From: an uncultured Flavobacteriales bacterium
GTDB taxonomy: Bacteria > Bacteroidota > Bacteroidia > AKYH767-A > 2013-40CM-41-45
Reading direction: 5' to 3'
DNA length: 64,000 nucleotides
Assembly (NCBI GenBank): GCA_964595205.1
Contig: CAZQOQ010000004.1
Coordinates: 15,277 to 79,276 of the forward strand
The notes beneath the pieces were generated by a model. That model was not told the origin of the DNA. It worked only from the letters and a program-made list of their open reading frames with translations, and did not search any database. Position numbers and translations under genes: made by a program. The first letter of the stretch is position 1. Each line of letters opens with the position of its first letter. Below, in pieces: positions 19,926 through 29,682 of the stretch.

Positions 19926-20026
19926 AATTCGTTGATTAGTTAATTAATATTAATCAATTTGCAGAGATTATATTTTAAGAATTTTAATTAACGAATCAAC
20001 GAATCAACTAATTAACTAATTAATTA
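19926..20026. repeat. Imperfect palindrome of AT-rich heptamers (TTGATTAG/TTAATTAA/ACGAATCAAC units). It ends on the stop codon of the SDR gene and is related to the repeats flanking the four-helix-bundle cassette.
   Basis: Read directly: aattcgttgattagttaattaat ... aacgaatcaacgaatcaactaattaactaattaattaa. The TAA at 20024-20026 belongs to the repeat arm. Confidence 0.5.
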
Positions 20027-20794
20027 AGAGGGCTTTTTAAATATGTAAGATGTATTGGCCTGGGCCAGCGGGGTAACGACTATGTCGTTTAATACCACAT
20101 GCGGTGGACGTGTGGCTGCGAAGAAAACGATTTCCGCGATATCGTCGGCATGCAGGGGCTCATAGCCTTCGTAAGGTTTCTTCGCCCGCTCGGTATCGCC
20201 CTTGTAACGTACGATGGAAAATTCAGTCTCGGCAGCACCGGGATCGATCGAAGTGACTTTGATTCCGTATTCCAGGAGATCGATTCGCATGCTTTTCGTA
20301 ATGGCATCGACGGCAAATTTTGTAGCACAATAAACATTACCTTTCAGGTATGCTTCTTTCCCGGCAATGGAACTGAGGTTGATGATATGACCACTTCCAT
20401 TAGAAATCATCCAGGGCATGATGATCCTCGAAACATATAATAGTCCTTTTACATTGGTGTCTATCATCGTATCCCAGTCTTTGATGTCTCCCTGCTGAAT
20501 GGTTGATAAACCGGCTGCGAGACCTGCATTATTTACAAGGATGTCTATTTTCTTGAAATCGTGGGGAAGGCTGTTGATTTCTTTCGATGCCTGTTCGCTG
20601 TCCCGCACATCGAAATTCAGCGAAATCACCCGGCACCCATATTGCTCAGTCAATTCTTTTTCGATTTGCATCAGGCGTTCTTTACGGCGGCCTGTCAGCA
20701 CGAGGTCGTAATCATGCTGGGCGAATTTATATGCGATGGCTTTCCCGAATCCTGCCGTAGCGCCGGTAATGAATATTATTTTTTTTCGATTCAT
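20024..20794 (-). CDS. SDR family NAD(P)-dependent oxidoreductase.
   Basis: It has the TGATAGFG Rossmann motif and the YCATKFAV catalytic Tyr-x3-Lys. Confidence 0.85.
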   Translation of the reverse strand: MNRKKIIFITGATAGFGKAIAYKFAQHDYDLVLTGRRKERLMQIEKELTEQYGCRVISLNFDVRDSEQASKEINSLPHDFKKIDILVNNAGLAAGLSTIQQGDIKDWDTMIDTNVKGLLYVSRIIMPWMISNGSGHIINLSSIAGKEAYLKGNVYCATKFAVDAITKSMRIDLLEYGIKVTSIDPGAAETEFSIVRYKGDTERAKKPYEGYEPLHADDIAEIVFFAATRPPHVVLNDIVVTPLAQANTSYIFKKPS

Positions 20795-20816
20795 AATTAT
20801 AATTGTTCAATTTCCG

Positions 20817-22727
20817 CTAAGCGGCTTTCGATAAATTGAGCCTGCTGTTTTTGTAGCTGAACGTAAAATAGATGATTAACCCGGTAAGCAGCCAGATCGT
20901 AAAACCAATCCAGTTGCTCACACCCAGTTCGCTCATCATATATAAACAGGAGATGAGTCCAAGCAACGGTATCAGTGAAAGATTTTTCTTCGCAGAAAGA
21001 TAGATTAAAACGAGGGTGGTGACGATAAAAATCCAGGTCGGAATTTTATGCCTGAAAAGGCTCCAGCCGGAATTGATTTTCTTATCAGCCGGAATGGGAA
21101 GCGCATCCAGGAAACTTTTATATTGAGATTCGTCGAGACTATTGACGTATGCATCTAGATCTGAATTAACAGCCAGCATGCCATTCTTATCCGAACTCAT
21201 CGTTTGTTCAAACACGATGTTGGATTCCTCCTTTGTAAGCCGCGAAACAAATTCATCCTGGCCGATCATCACCGGTGCATTGGTCAGGAACTGAAGCGTG
21301 TTGTCCCTGTTGAAACTGATGCTCAGAAATATTGCGAGCGCCAGCAATGGAATCATGAAATATTTTGAATTAAAATACGGAGTCCTGAATTTTCCCCTTG
21401 GTACATCTTTCATGGTTTCCATCCTGAGTACTCCCGCGCAAACGAGAACAAATGCGAAGAGGGTACCGATGCTGCATAGGTCGGTGACCATGGTCAGGTT
21501 CATGAATAGAGCAGGCACGGCCACAACAAAGCCGGTAACGATGGTTGCAAACGATGGAGTTTTATATTTCGGATGTATTTTAGAAAATTTTTTGGGAAGT
21601 AATCCATCCCTGCTCATGCTCATCCAGATGCGCGGTTGTCCGAGCTGAAAAACAAGCAGCACGCTGGCCATGGCAACGATAGCACTCACTGCGATAACGG
21701 CGCTGATCCACTTCATGTTCAACGATTGGAAAACAAAAGCGAGCGGATCGCCGACAGCAAGCTGATCGTAAGACACCATACCGGTGAGAACGAGAGCGAT
21801 GGTGACGTAGAGAATGGTACAGATGATGAGCGCCCACATCATGCCGCGCGGCAGATCGCGCTGTGGATTCCTGCATTCCTCGGCAGTGGTGCTGATGGCG
21901 TCGAAGCCGATGTATGCGAAGAATACGGCAGAAACTCCTTTCAGCACTCCTGAGATTCCATTCGGCAAAAACGGGTGCCAGTTATCTGTATTTACGTAAA
22001 AGGCGCCGATGAAAATAACGAGGAGCACTACGGAAACCTTTATGATAACCATGGTGTTTCCCGCATTTTTCGATTCCCGTATTCCGCGGTAAACCAGCCA
22101 GGTGATTAAAATGATGATCAGCAGTGCAGGAAGATCCGCAACAATGTGCAATCCGAGAAAAACAGGTGCGTGTTGCCAGGCATTGTATGCTACCTGCAAT
22201 GCAGGATCGAGGTTGCCGAATGCTTTTCCACTTGCCATCAGCACTTCCGCTTTACCGTTTCCCTTCATGGCAGTGAGGAAATCCATCGTCATCCATTCAG
22301 GAAGGTGCACGCCGCCGCTTTCCAGCAAGCCTGTAAAATAATCCGACCAGGAGATGGCAACGGTTATATTCCCAATCGCATATTCCATGATCAGGGCCCA
22401 GCCGATGATCCAGGCCATGATTTCGCCGAAAGCAACATAGCTGTAGGTATAGGCGCTTCCGGAAACGGGTACCAGGGACGCAAACTCAGCATAAGCGAAG
22501 GCGGCAAAGCTGCATGCCACTGCGGTGAAAATGAAAAGCAGAACCACTCCGGGACCACCATTCGCACTTGCATTACCGATGGTACTGAATATACCGGCGC
22601 CTACAATTGCCGCTATCCCGAAAGCGGTCAGATCCCTTACGCCAAGATGTTTCGCCAGCGAATGTTTTTCATCCGCCGAAGCCTGTTCCATTATTTTACT
22701 TACCGTTTTTTTCCGGAATAAATTCAT
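20817..22727 (-). CDS. APC-family amino acid permease with a C-terminal extension.
   Basis: It has 12 or more transmembrane helices, and the N-terminus LGVRDLTAFGIAAIVGAGIFSTIG is typical of APC transporters. Confidence 0.8.
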   Translation of the reverse strand: MNLFRKKTVSKIMEQASADEKHSLAKHLGVRDLTAFGIAAIVGAGIFSTIGNASANGGPGVVLLFIFTAVACSFAAFAYAEFASLVPVSGSAYTYSYVAFGEIMAWIIGWALIMEYAIGNITVAISWSDYFTGLLESGGVHLPEWMTMDFLTAMKGNGKAEVLMASGKAFGNLDPALQVAYNAWQHAPVFLGLHIVADLPALLIIILITWLVYRGIRESKNAGNTMVIIKVSVVLLVIFIGAFYVNTDNWHPFLPNGISGVLKGVSAVFFAYIGFDAISTTAEECRNPQRDLPRGMMWALIICTILYVTIALVLTGMVSYDQLAVGDPLAFVFQSLNMKWISAVIAVSAIVAMASVLLVFQLGQPRIWMSMSRDGLLPKKFSKIHPKYKTPSFATIVTGFVVAVPALFMNLTMVTDLCSIGTLFAFVLVCAGVLRMETMKDVPRGKFRTPYFNSKYFMIPLLALAIFLSISFNRDNTLQFLTNAPVMIGQDEFVSRLTKEESNIVFEQTMSSDKNGMLAVNSDLDAYVNSLDESQYKSFLDALPIPADKKINSGWSLFRHKIPTWIFIVTTLVLIYLSAKKNLSLIPLLGLISCLYMMSELGVSNWIGFTIWLLTGLIIYFTFSYKNSRLNLSKAA

Positions 22728-22877
22728 CTCGTGGAGCTCACTTTAATTTTTAAACTGAATAAGGTCGGTTGATTTTATGTCTGATGTTAACCAATGAACG
22801 ATAAAATCAAAAAAATAATTTCTATTACTATGAGGCTGAATTGTAATGGAACAAATGTAAAATTTATTCCGGGGAAG

Positions 22878-24188
22878 TCAATTTTTGCTTTCTGGCTTTA
22901 TGAATGAAATCATACGCAGGAACTTTGCTTTGTCATAGTAATAAACAGCGACAAATGTGATCATGGGAAGCGCGACGATTTTATAGCGTACGATGGCGCC
23001 CAGTACCGGTGAAATGAGTCCTATCAGTATAAAGAGCAATATCGTAAACAGGATGCTGAAGAGGATAATGGGATCGAGTTTTTTGCTTTTTAAATTCATT
23101 GTAGCCAGGCTGATGATTATGACGAGGATCAATAACAGATTTTCCAGTGCCGCCAGAAGGATCATCGGTTTACCATGAACATCCGTTATAAAAGGCCTGA
23201 ACATCGTCGTGTAAAAAGCATGCGGAGAGTTTTCGATGATGGAAGATGCGCTGCATTCCAGTCGTGGTATTGAAATCATCGTTGCATTCTGTATGGTGCC
23301 GAGGTCGATGAAATTTTTCTGTTTATAGAAAATCAACGCTGCCAGGTTATAGTCAGGATCTAAGTGATAAGCGCTGAAAGCCAGCGTGAAATAAAGCAGG
23401 TAAATGAGTATGAATGTCATTATGATTCTCGTTCTGCCGCTTTTACGGGTCAGATACCATGCGAGTAATCCGGGCAAAAGCATGGCAATAACATATACCT
23501 TCGTTATCATCAGGATCACCAGACCGGCAAACAGGGCCAGGAATCTTTTTACGGTGATGCCGTTTTTAATGATAAGAGTAAATGAATATATCAATAATCC
23601 AAACCCTGTCATCAGCAGGCCATCTTTCAGTACACCTGAACCCCAGAAGAGTACAGAAGGCATTAGAAACGTAAGCAGGAACAGCTCTTTCTTTTTGTCT
23701 TTGCAATAAATCGCAAACGTCTTGTATAGACAAAATATACCTGTGAAAGAGATAAAATTTATAAACACGACGTGGACGTTATAAAATCCCATCGAGAAAA
23801 AACGAAAGAATGCATTCAGACGTATGATAGTCCGGTTATCATTGAAGTAAAGATTCCTGTTCAACCAGGAGTTCATCTTTTCATAATAGGCATACAATTC
23901 AGGAGCCTTGTCATCAAACCCCGTCAGCATCCGGAAAAAATCTTTTGGATGTGTATAAATGCTGTCAAATAATATTTTACTGTCAGTAAAAAATTTAAAC
24001 GTGTCTGTCTCATTGTGATTCGTGTAATACATCGTATAGATGAGCCCAAGAATAATTCCCGACAAACATTTCAGGAGAAAAAATATTCCCGGGAGCCAGG
24101 GAGAGAAAAAATCGATCCGGAAAAATCCGCTTTTCCTGATGATGTAAAAAAATAGTACGGCATAAGCAACCGTAAGGATTATCTCCAT
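22878..24188 (-). CDS. Hypothetical polytopic membrane protein, about 12 transmembrane helices, unknown family.
   Basis: It is very hydrophobic (F/L/I-rich) with no recognisable catalytic motif. It may be a GT-C-like or polymerase-like protein. Confidence 0.45.
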   Translation of the reverse strand: MEIILTVAYAVLFFYIIRKSGFFRIDFFSPWLPGIFFLLKCLSGIILGLIYTMYYTNHNETDTFKFFTDSKILFDSIYTHPKDFFRMLTGFDDKAPELYAYYEKMNSWLNRNLYFNDNRTIIRLNAFFRFFSMGFYNVHVVFINFISFTGIFCLYKTFAIYCKDKKKELFLLTFLMPSVLFWGSGVLKDGLLMTGFGLLIYSFTLIIKNGITVKRFLALFAGLVILMITKVYVIAMLLPGLLAWYLTRKSGRTRIIMTFILIYLLYFTLAFSAYHLDPDYNLAALIFYKQKNFIDLGTIQNATMISIPRLECSASSIIENSPHAFYTTMFRPFITDVHGKPMILLAALENLLLILVIIISLATMNLKSKKLDPIILFSILFTILLFILIGLISPVLGAIVRYKIVALPMITFVAVYYYDKAKFLRMISFIKPESKN

Positions 24189-24641
24189 AAATAAACCGGC
24201 TATAGGTTTTTTCTGAATATGATAAAAATGCCCCGGAAATTATTCCATGTTATTCCGGCCCGGTAAATTAAAATATTTAATTGTTAAGTAAATCACATTC
24301 AATGTCGTTTTATTAAGCAAATATTAACAGATTCTTTCTTTTTGTTTAGCGTTTTGGCTGTTTGTTAATTTTAGCGTTGGTGAGTATAAAATGTTATTTA
24401 ATTTCTTTTACACCATTTAATACTTTTCGATTTATATCTGTTTGGGTTTATGGAAAAGAATAATAATCTGGAAAAGTTAATTCCAGATCCACGGAGATTT
24501 TTTTGTAATGAACGACGGTAAAAAAGTTTGCAAACAATTTCGACGTTCAAAAAAAATGGGAAAAATTATCACTACTTTCGTAGCATAATTTCATATCACA
24601 ACAGGTTAAAAAATTAAGCTAAGCGATAGCTTTTCCCGATT

Positions 24642-26870
24642 ATGTCAGAAGTACTTGAACAAACAGTAAACGCCACCACCGCTAAGGATCTCGGACTGTT
24701 ACCTGAGGAGTTTGAAAAGATTATTGGATTTTTAGGAAGGACTCCCAACTTCACCGAACTCAGCCTTTACAGTGTCATGTGGAGTGAGCATTGCTCCTAT
24801 AAAAACTCGATCGTCTGGCTGAAGACATTGCCCAAAGAAGGACCGCAGATGCTTGTAAAAGCCGGGCAGGAAAATGCAGGAATAGTCTCCATCGGAAACG
24901 GACTCGCGTGCGCCTTTAAAATCGAATCTCATAATCATCCATCCGCTATCGAGCCATACCAGGGCGCTGCCACCGGTGTCGGGGGTATCAACCGGGATAT
25001 TTTCACCATGGGCGCAAGGCCCGTCGCCCAGCTCAACTCGCTTCGCTTTGGAAATTTAAATCTCGATAAAACCAAACTGTTACTCCGGGGCGTTGTGAGG
25101 GGAATCGGCGATTACGGAAATGCCTTTGGAGTTCCAACAGTTGGCGGTGAGCTTTATTTCGACGATTGTTATAATGTAAACCCCCTTGTAAATGCCATGT
25201 CTGCCGGCATCGTCGAAGAAGGTAAAACGGTCTCTGCCATTTCTTACGGCATCGGGAATCCGGTCTTCATCGTCGGTTCCGCGACCGGTAAAGATGGAAT
25301 TCACGGAGCCACTTTTGCCTCAGGCGACCTGCACGGAAACTCTGCAGATGATCTCCCTTCCGTTCAGGTGGGAGATCCATTCACGGAAAAACTTTTACTG
25401 GAAGCTTCTCTCGAAGTCATCGCCACAGGCGCTGTCATCGGCATGCAGGACATGGGTGCGGCTGGAATCATCTGCTCCACTTCCGAAATGTCGGCAAAAG
25501 GAAAATCCGGAATGAACATTTATCTCGACAAAGTACCTACCCGGCAAAAAAATATGCTGCCCTGGGAAATTCTCCTTAGCGAGTCGCAGGAAAGAATGCT
25601 TATCGTCGTGAAACAGGGAAAGGAAAAAGAAGTTCAGAAGGTATTCGATAAATGGGATCTCAACTGTGTACAGATCGGTGAAGTAAGCGGAGGAAATCAT
25701 CTGAAATTTTTCATGAATGGCGAGGTTGTGGCAAACGTTCCTGCCGATTCCCTCGTTCTCGGCGGCGGTGCACCTGTCTATGAGCGTGAATATTCGGTAC
25801 CAGCCTATTACTATGAAAATAAAAGATTCCACATTGATTCAATAGAAGAGCCGCAGGATCTGAAAGAAGTTGCGGGTTTTCTTCTTGGCCATCCGAATAT
25901 TGCATCACGTAAATGGGTCTATAACCAGTATGATTCGATGGTTGGCACCGTCAACATGAGCACCAACAGTCCCTCGGATGCTGCCGTTGTCAATGTCAGG
26001 AATACAGATTCTGCGATTGCTCTTACGGTCGACTGCAATTCCCGGTATGTTTATGCCGATCCGGAAGTCGGATGTGAAATTGCTGTTGCCGAAGCAGCGA
26101 GAAATATCGTCTGCAGCGGAGGCGAACCGCTCGCCATTACCAATTGTCTGAACTTCGGTAATCCTTATAATAAGGAAGTCTACTGGCAATTCGTGCAGGC
26201 AATTAAAGGAATGGGAAAGGCGTGTCGTAAGTTTAAGACGCCCGTTACCGGTGGAAATGTGAGTTTCTATAACCAGAGTTCTGACGAAGGTCCTGTATTT
26301 CCCACACCTACAATTGGCATGCTTGGTCTGATCAATGTAAAATCAAACCGGATGACGATGGATTTTAAAAAAGTCGGCGACTATATTTTCCTGATCGGAG
26401 CTTCAGTAAATGATATCAGCAGTTCGGAATATCTTTATTCATGGCATGAGGTGAAAAATTCTCCGGTGCCTCATTTCAATATCGATGAAGAGATCTCTGT
26501 ACAGGAGGTTGTGAAGCAGCTCGTCAAAAAAAGGATGATTCAATCAGCACACGATGTTTCTGACGGTGGACTTTTTATTGCGCTCGCAGAATCATCCATG
26601 CCGCGCAATCTTGGTTTCTCTATTGAGACTGATTTCGATTGTCGCGCCGATGCTTTTCTGTTCGGCGAAGCTCAGAGCCGTATCGTGGTTTCCGTTAGTC
26701 CTGCGATGATGGATGCTTTCGTCGATTACCTGGCCACTGCCAATATCGAATTCTCAAATCTTGGCCTGGTAACAGGCGGTGAAATACTCATCGATGATGA
26801 ATCCTTTGGAACGATTGCTGAAGCAAAAGCGACCTACGAAAATGCAATCGGGGAAAAGATGAAAACATGA
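24642..26870 (+). CDS. purL: Phosphoribosylformylglycinamidine synthase subunit PurL.
   Basis: The hallmark SLYSVMWSEHCSYKNS is present together with duplicated AIR-synthase-related domains. The length is 742 aa. Confidence 0.9.
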   Translation: MSEVLEQTVNATTAKDLGLLPEEFEKIIGFLGRTPNFTELSLYSVMWSEHCSYKNSIVWLKTLPKEGPQMLVKAGQENAGIVSIGNGLACAFKIESHNHPSAIEPYQGAATGVGGINRDIFTMGARPVAQLNSLRFGNLNLDKTKLLLRGVVRGIGDYGNAFGVPTVGGELYFDDCYNVNPLVNAMSAGIVEEGKTVSAISYGIGNPVFIVGSATGKDGIHGATFASGDLHGNSADDLPSVQVGDPFTEKLLLEASLEVIATGAVIGMQDMGAAGIICSTSEMSAKGKSGMNIYLDKVPTRQKNMLPWEILLSESQERMLIVVKQGKEKEVQKVFDKWDLNCVQIGEVSGGNHLKFFMNGEVVANVPADSLVLGGGAPVYEREYSVPAYYYENKRFHIDSIEEPQDLKEVAGFLLGHPNIASRKWVYNQYDSMVGTVNMSTNSPSDAAVVNVRNTDSAIALTVDCNSRYVYADPEVGCEIAVAEAARNIVCSGGEPLAITNCLNFGNPYNKEVYWQFVQAIKGMGKACRKFKTPVTGGNVSFYNQSSDEGPVFPTPTIGMLGLINVKSNRMTMDFKKVGDYIFLIGASVNDISSSEYLYSWHEVKNSPVPHFNIDEEISVQEVVKQLVKKRMIQSAHDVSDGGLFIALAESSMPRNLGFSIETDFDCRADAFLFGEAQSRIVVSVSPAMMDAFVDYLATANIEFSNLGLVTGGEILIDDESFGTIAEAKATYENAIGEKMKT

Positions 26871-26918
26871 TTTGGTCATATTTGCATCTGATGTTTTCTG
26901 ATCCGCAAGGAACGAGAA

Positions 26919-28352
26919 TCAGGGTTTCTTCTTTTCAGCATTATTGATAAAGTCACGTATCTTGTCCGTATCCAGTCGCTTGGCTATGATGTGTTTCTGA
27001 TCATCCAGCAGGTAAATGACAGGCGTGGAATAGATGTCGTAATAGCTCCTGAAATTTGTCTGGTTGTAAAGATCAGACACATTGATCCAGTCCAGCTTAT
27101 TGTCGCGGATGAATTTCTTCCAGAGTTCGATATCGGATTCGATTCCAATCGCAAAAACTTCGATCGATAATCCTTTCGTCTTCACACTGTCGTAATAGTG
27201 ACAAAGTTTTGGAACTTCGATCTTGCAATGGCTGCATGTTGGATCCCAGAATACCAGCACCGTATACTTCGCTTTAATGCCGTAAAGCGTATGCATCTTC
27301 AGGGAAGTGTCCGGCATGGCGAGATCATGCGCGGGTTCTCCAAGGATGTTCGGCTTGATCTTCATCACACGTTCGTGAATCTTTGCCTTTAATGTAGAGT
27401 CGGCCCAGAAAGCATCCTTCGTCAGGTAATATTTCTCCGCAATGTGAACGAATACCTTATCGTAACCCATGATGTTCGACGTTTCATAAAAATTGGCAAG
27501 AGTCGCTACACAATATTTGAAAACTTCCTTATTTGCCCTGGCTCGTTCAATGATTGTATCAACGGAAACAATGATGGAATCAGGGAATGGAACGGTGAGT
27601 TGTTGCGTATACGTTTTAATTTTGCCCTGGAAGATTGGCGTGCGTAACAGGCGTTCGTCGCTGAAATCGACATTGTCGAGGAAATGCGCCTTGTAGTATT
27701 TGAACTGGAATGAAGAGTCGATGATATTTCCTTTGTCGTCTTTCGGCGCTTCAGGCACATCCGGCTCCTGCATCGTGTAAATGATCTTAGCCATGAACGT
27801 CTTCGGATATTCACTCATTATTTTTATCCGGTAATCTTTGACATCCTTATCCATCTGCGCTACCTGTTTTTTGATTTCCGCAGTAGAGTCGGCATTATTT
27901 TTATTCATCTCCATCCGGATCTTCAGTTGCTGCGAAGCTTTTGTTTTCTCCATGATGTAACGCTGATGATCATTGAACAATTTATTCTCAAGCGAACCGG
28001 TGATTTTCATATTCTGCACATAGTCGACCGTATCTGTTTCGATGGTAAATTTTTGTTCGCTGACGATAATTTCGAAATAAGTCTTTCCGGGTAAGACGAT
28101 CAGGTAGATACCGCCAGGCAAAGTATCATTTCCTTTGAAAGTAGCCCATCCGTTATGATCGCACTTGACGGTATCGCGCACATATTGTTTTTCGCCATAA
28201 TGATTACCGAGGTAGATGGTTGAATCGCCGAGACCGTTGATATGGACTTTTATTTCATAACCTCCGGCGCCAAATGAATACGATGAAAAAAGAACTAAAA
28301 GTAAAACCGGTACTACACGAATGTATTTGTTTAAGTGCTCTTTAATTTTCAT
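26919..28352 (-). CDS. TlpA-like thiol-disulfide oxidoreductase with an N-terminal DUF4369-like domain.
   Basis: There is a signal peptide and a thioredoxin-fold active site WDPTCSHCKIEVPKL. Confidence 0.75.
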   Translation of the reverse strand: MKIKEHLNKYIRVVPVLLLVLFSSYSFGAGGYEIKVHINGLGDSTIYLGNHYGEKQYVRDTVKCDHNGWATFKGNDTLPGGIYLIVLPGKTYFEIIVSEQKFTIETDTVDYVQNMKITGSLENKLFNDHQRYIMEKTKASQQLKIRMEMNKNNADSTAEIKKQVAQMDKDVKDYRIKIMSEYPKTFMAKIIYTMQEPDVPEAPKDDKGNIIDSSFQFKYYKAHFLDNVDFSDERLLRTPIFQGKIKTYTQQLTVPFPDSIIVSVDTIIERARANKEVFKYCVATLANFYETSNIMGYDKVFVHIAEKYYLTKDAFWADSTLKAKIHERVMKIKPNILGEPAHDLAMPDTSLKMHTLYGIKAKYTVLVFWDPTCSHCKIEVPKLCHYYDSVKTKGLSIEVFAIGIESDIELWKKFIRDNKLDWINVSDLYNQTNFRSYYDIYSTPVIYLLDDQKHIIAKRLDTDKIRDFINNAEKKKP

Positions 28353-28427
28353 AGGGGTATGAACGTCGGTTTATTTTAAATGTTTCTATTGCCGTAAAAG
28401 TAGACCTGGAGGATGAAGAAATCATGG

Positions 28428-28515
28428 GTTAATGTGATAATGTGATAATTTGACAATAGGAAAAATGCTCTTTTTCAAATTATCACATTATCACATTATC
28501 AAATTATCACATTAA
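28428..28515. repeat. Long near-perfect inverted repeat of octamers (AATGTGAT/AATTATCAC units). It ends exactly at the hppD stop codon and shares the AAATTATCACATT motif with 3753-3795.
   Basis: Read directly: gttaatgtgataatgtgataatttgacaatagg ... caaattatcacattatcacattatcaaattatcacattaac. The central loop gaaaaatgctctttttc is itself palindromic. Confidence 0.65.
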
Positions 28516-29619
28516 CTAAAGGTTTCCCCTCAATGCCTGTTCGCGCTCAATTGCCTCAAAAAGTGCTTTAAAGTTGCCTTTGCCAAAGGAGCGGGCGCCT
28601 TTACGCTGGATGATTTCGAAGAAAAGCGTCGGACGGTCTTCTACGGGTTTCGTGAAAATCTGCAGCAGGTACCCTTCGTCGTCGCGGTCGACAAGTATGC
28701 CGAGCCTCTTAAGCGATTCCACGTCTTCGTCTATTTTCCCGACACGGTTAGTCAACTCATCATAATAGTTGGTAGGCACGCGTAAAAATTCGATCCCTCT
28801 TCGCTGTAATTCCGTTACCGTTTTAATTACATCCTGAGTGATGACGGCAATGTGCTGAACACCGGCGCCACGATAAAACTCAAGGTATTCATCGATCTGC
28901 GATTTCTTCTTTCCCTCTGCAGGTTCGTTGATCGGAAATTTAACATAGCCATTGCCGTTAGAAACAACCTTGCTCATCAGGGCAGTATATTCAGTCGAAA
29001 TATCCTTGTCGTCAAAGGTGATGATCATCTTGAAGCCCATCACATCTTCATAAAATTTCACCCAGTCGTTCATCTTTCCCAGCTCCACATTTCCCACACA
29101 GTGATCGATGACTTCAAGTCCCACAGGCTCCGTTTTAAAAGATGATTTTGCAGGTTTGAAACCGGGCATAAAGGAGCCCTTGTAATTTTTACGCTCTACG
29201 AAAGTATGAATGGTGTCGCCGTAAGTATGGATGCTGGAAATTTTTATTTCGCCATATTCGTCCTTCAGGGTCTTTGGCTGCGTATGTGCTTTTGCACCCC
29301 TCGACATGGTTTCGTAAAAAGCTTTTTCTGCGTCATCGACACCGAGGGCGAGTACTTTCACGCCGTCGCTGTGTTTCATCACATGCTGATTAATTTCGGA
29401 ATCGGGTACCAGGGAGGTAGTAAAGACAAACCTGATTTTTCCCTGTGTAAGTACATAGGAAGCCCTGTCTTTTAAACCTGTTTCCGGACCGGCATATGCA
29501 ACGAGTTCGAAACCGAAGGCATTCTGGTAAAAATAGGCGGCTTGTTTGGCATTTCCGACCCAGAATTCAATGTGGTCGGTTCCTAACAGAGGAAGGAAAT
29601 CGGTATTGTTAGTGTTCAT
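28516..29619 (-). CDS. hppD: 4-hydroxyphenylpyruvate dioxygenase.
   Basis: The N-terminus FLPLLGTDHIEFWVGNAKQAAYFYQNAFGF is HPPD-like, and there are two VOC domains. Confidence 0.85.
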   Translation of the reverse strand: MNTNNTDFLPLLGTDHIEFWVGNAKQAAYFYQNAFGFELVAYAGPETGLKDRASYVLTQGKIRFVFTTSLVPDSEINQHVMKHSDGVKVLALGVDDAEKAFYETMSRGAKAHTQPKTLKDEYGEIKISSIHTYGDTIHTFVERKNYKGSFMPGFKPAKSSFKTEPVGLEVIDHCVGNVELGKMNDWVKFYEDVMGFKMIITFDDKDISTEYTALMSKVVSNGNGYVKFPINEPAEGKKKSQIDEYLEFYRGAGVQHIAVITQDVIKTVTELQRRGIEFLRVPTNYYDELTNRVGKIDEDVESLKRLGILVDRDDEGYLLQIFTKPVEDRPTLFFEIIQRKGARSFGKGNFKALFEAIEREQALRGNL

Positions 29620-29682
29620 GGAAGAATTACTTAGGAAGTATTATCCCGCAAAATTCGCGATTCCCTTTAAATTTTCAAAAGG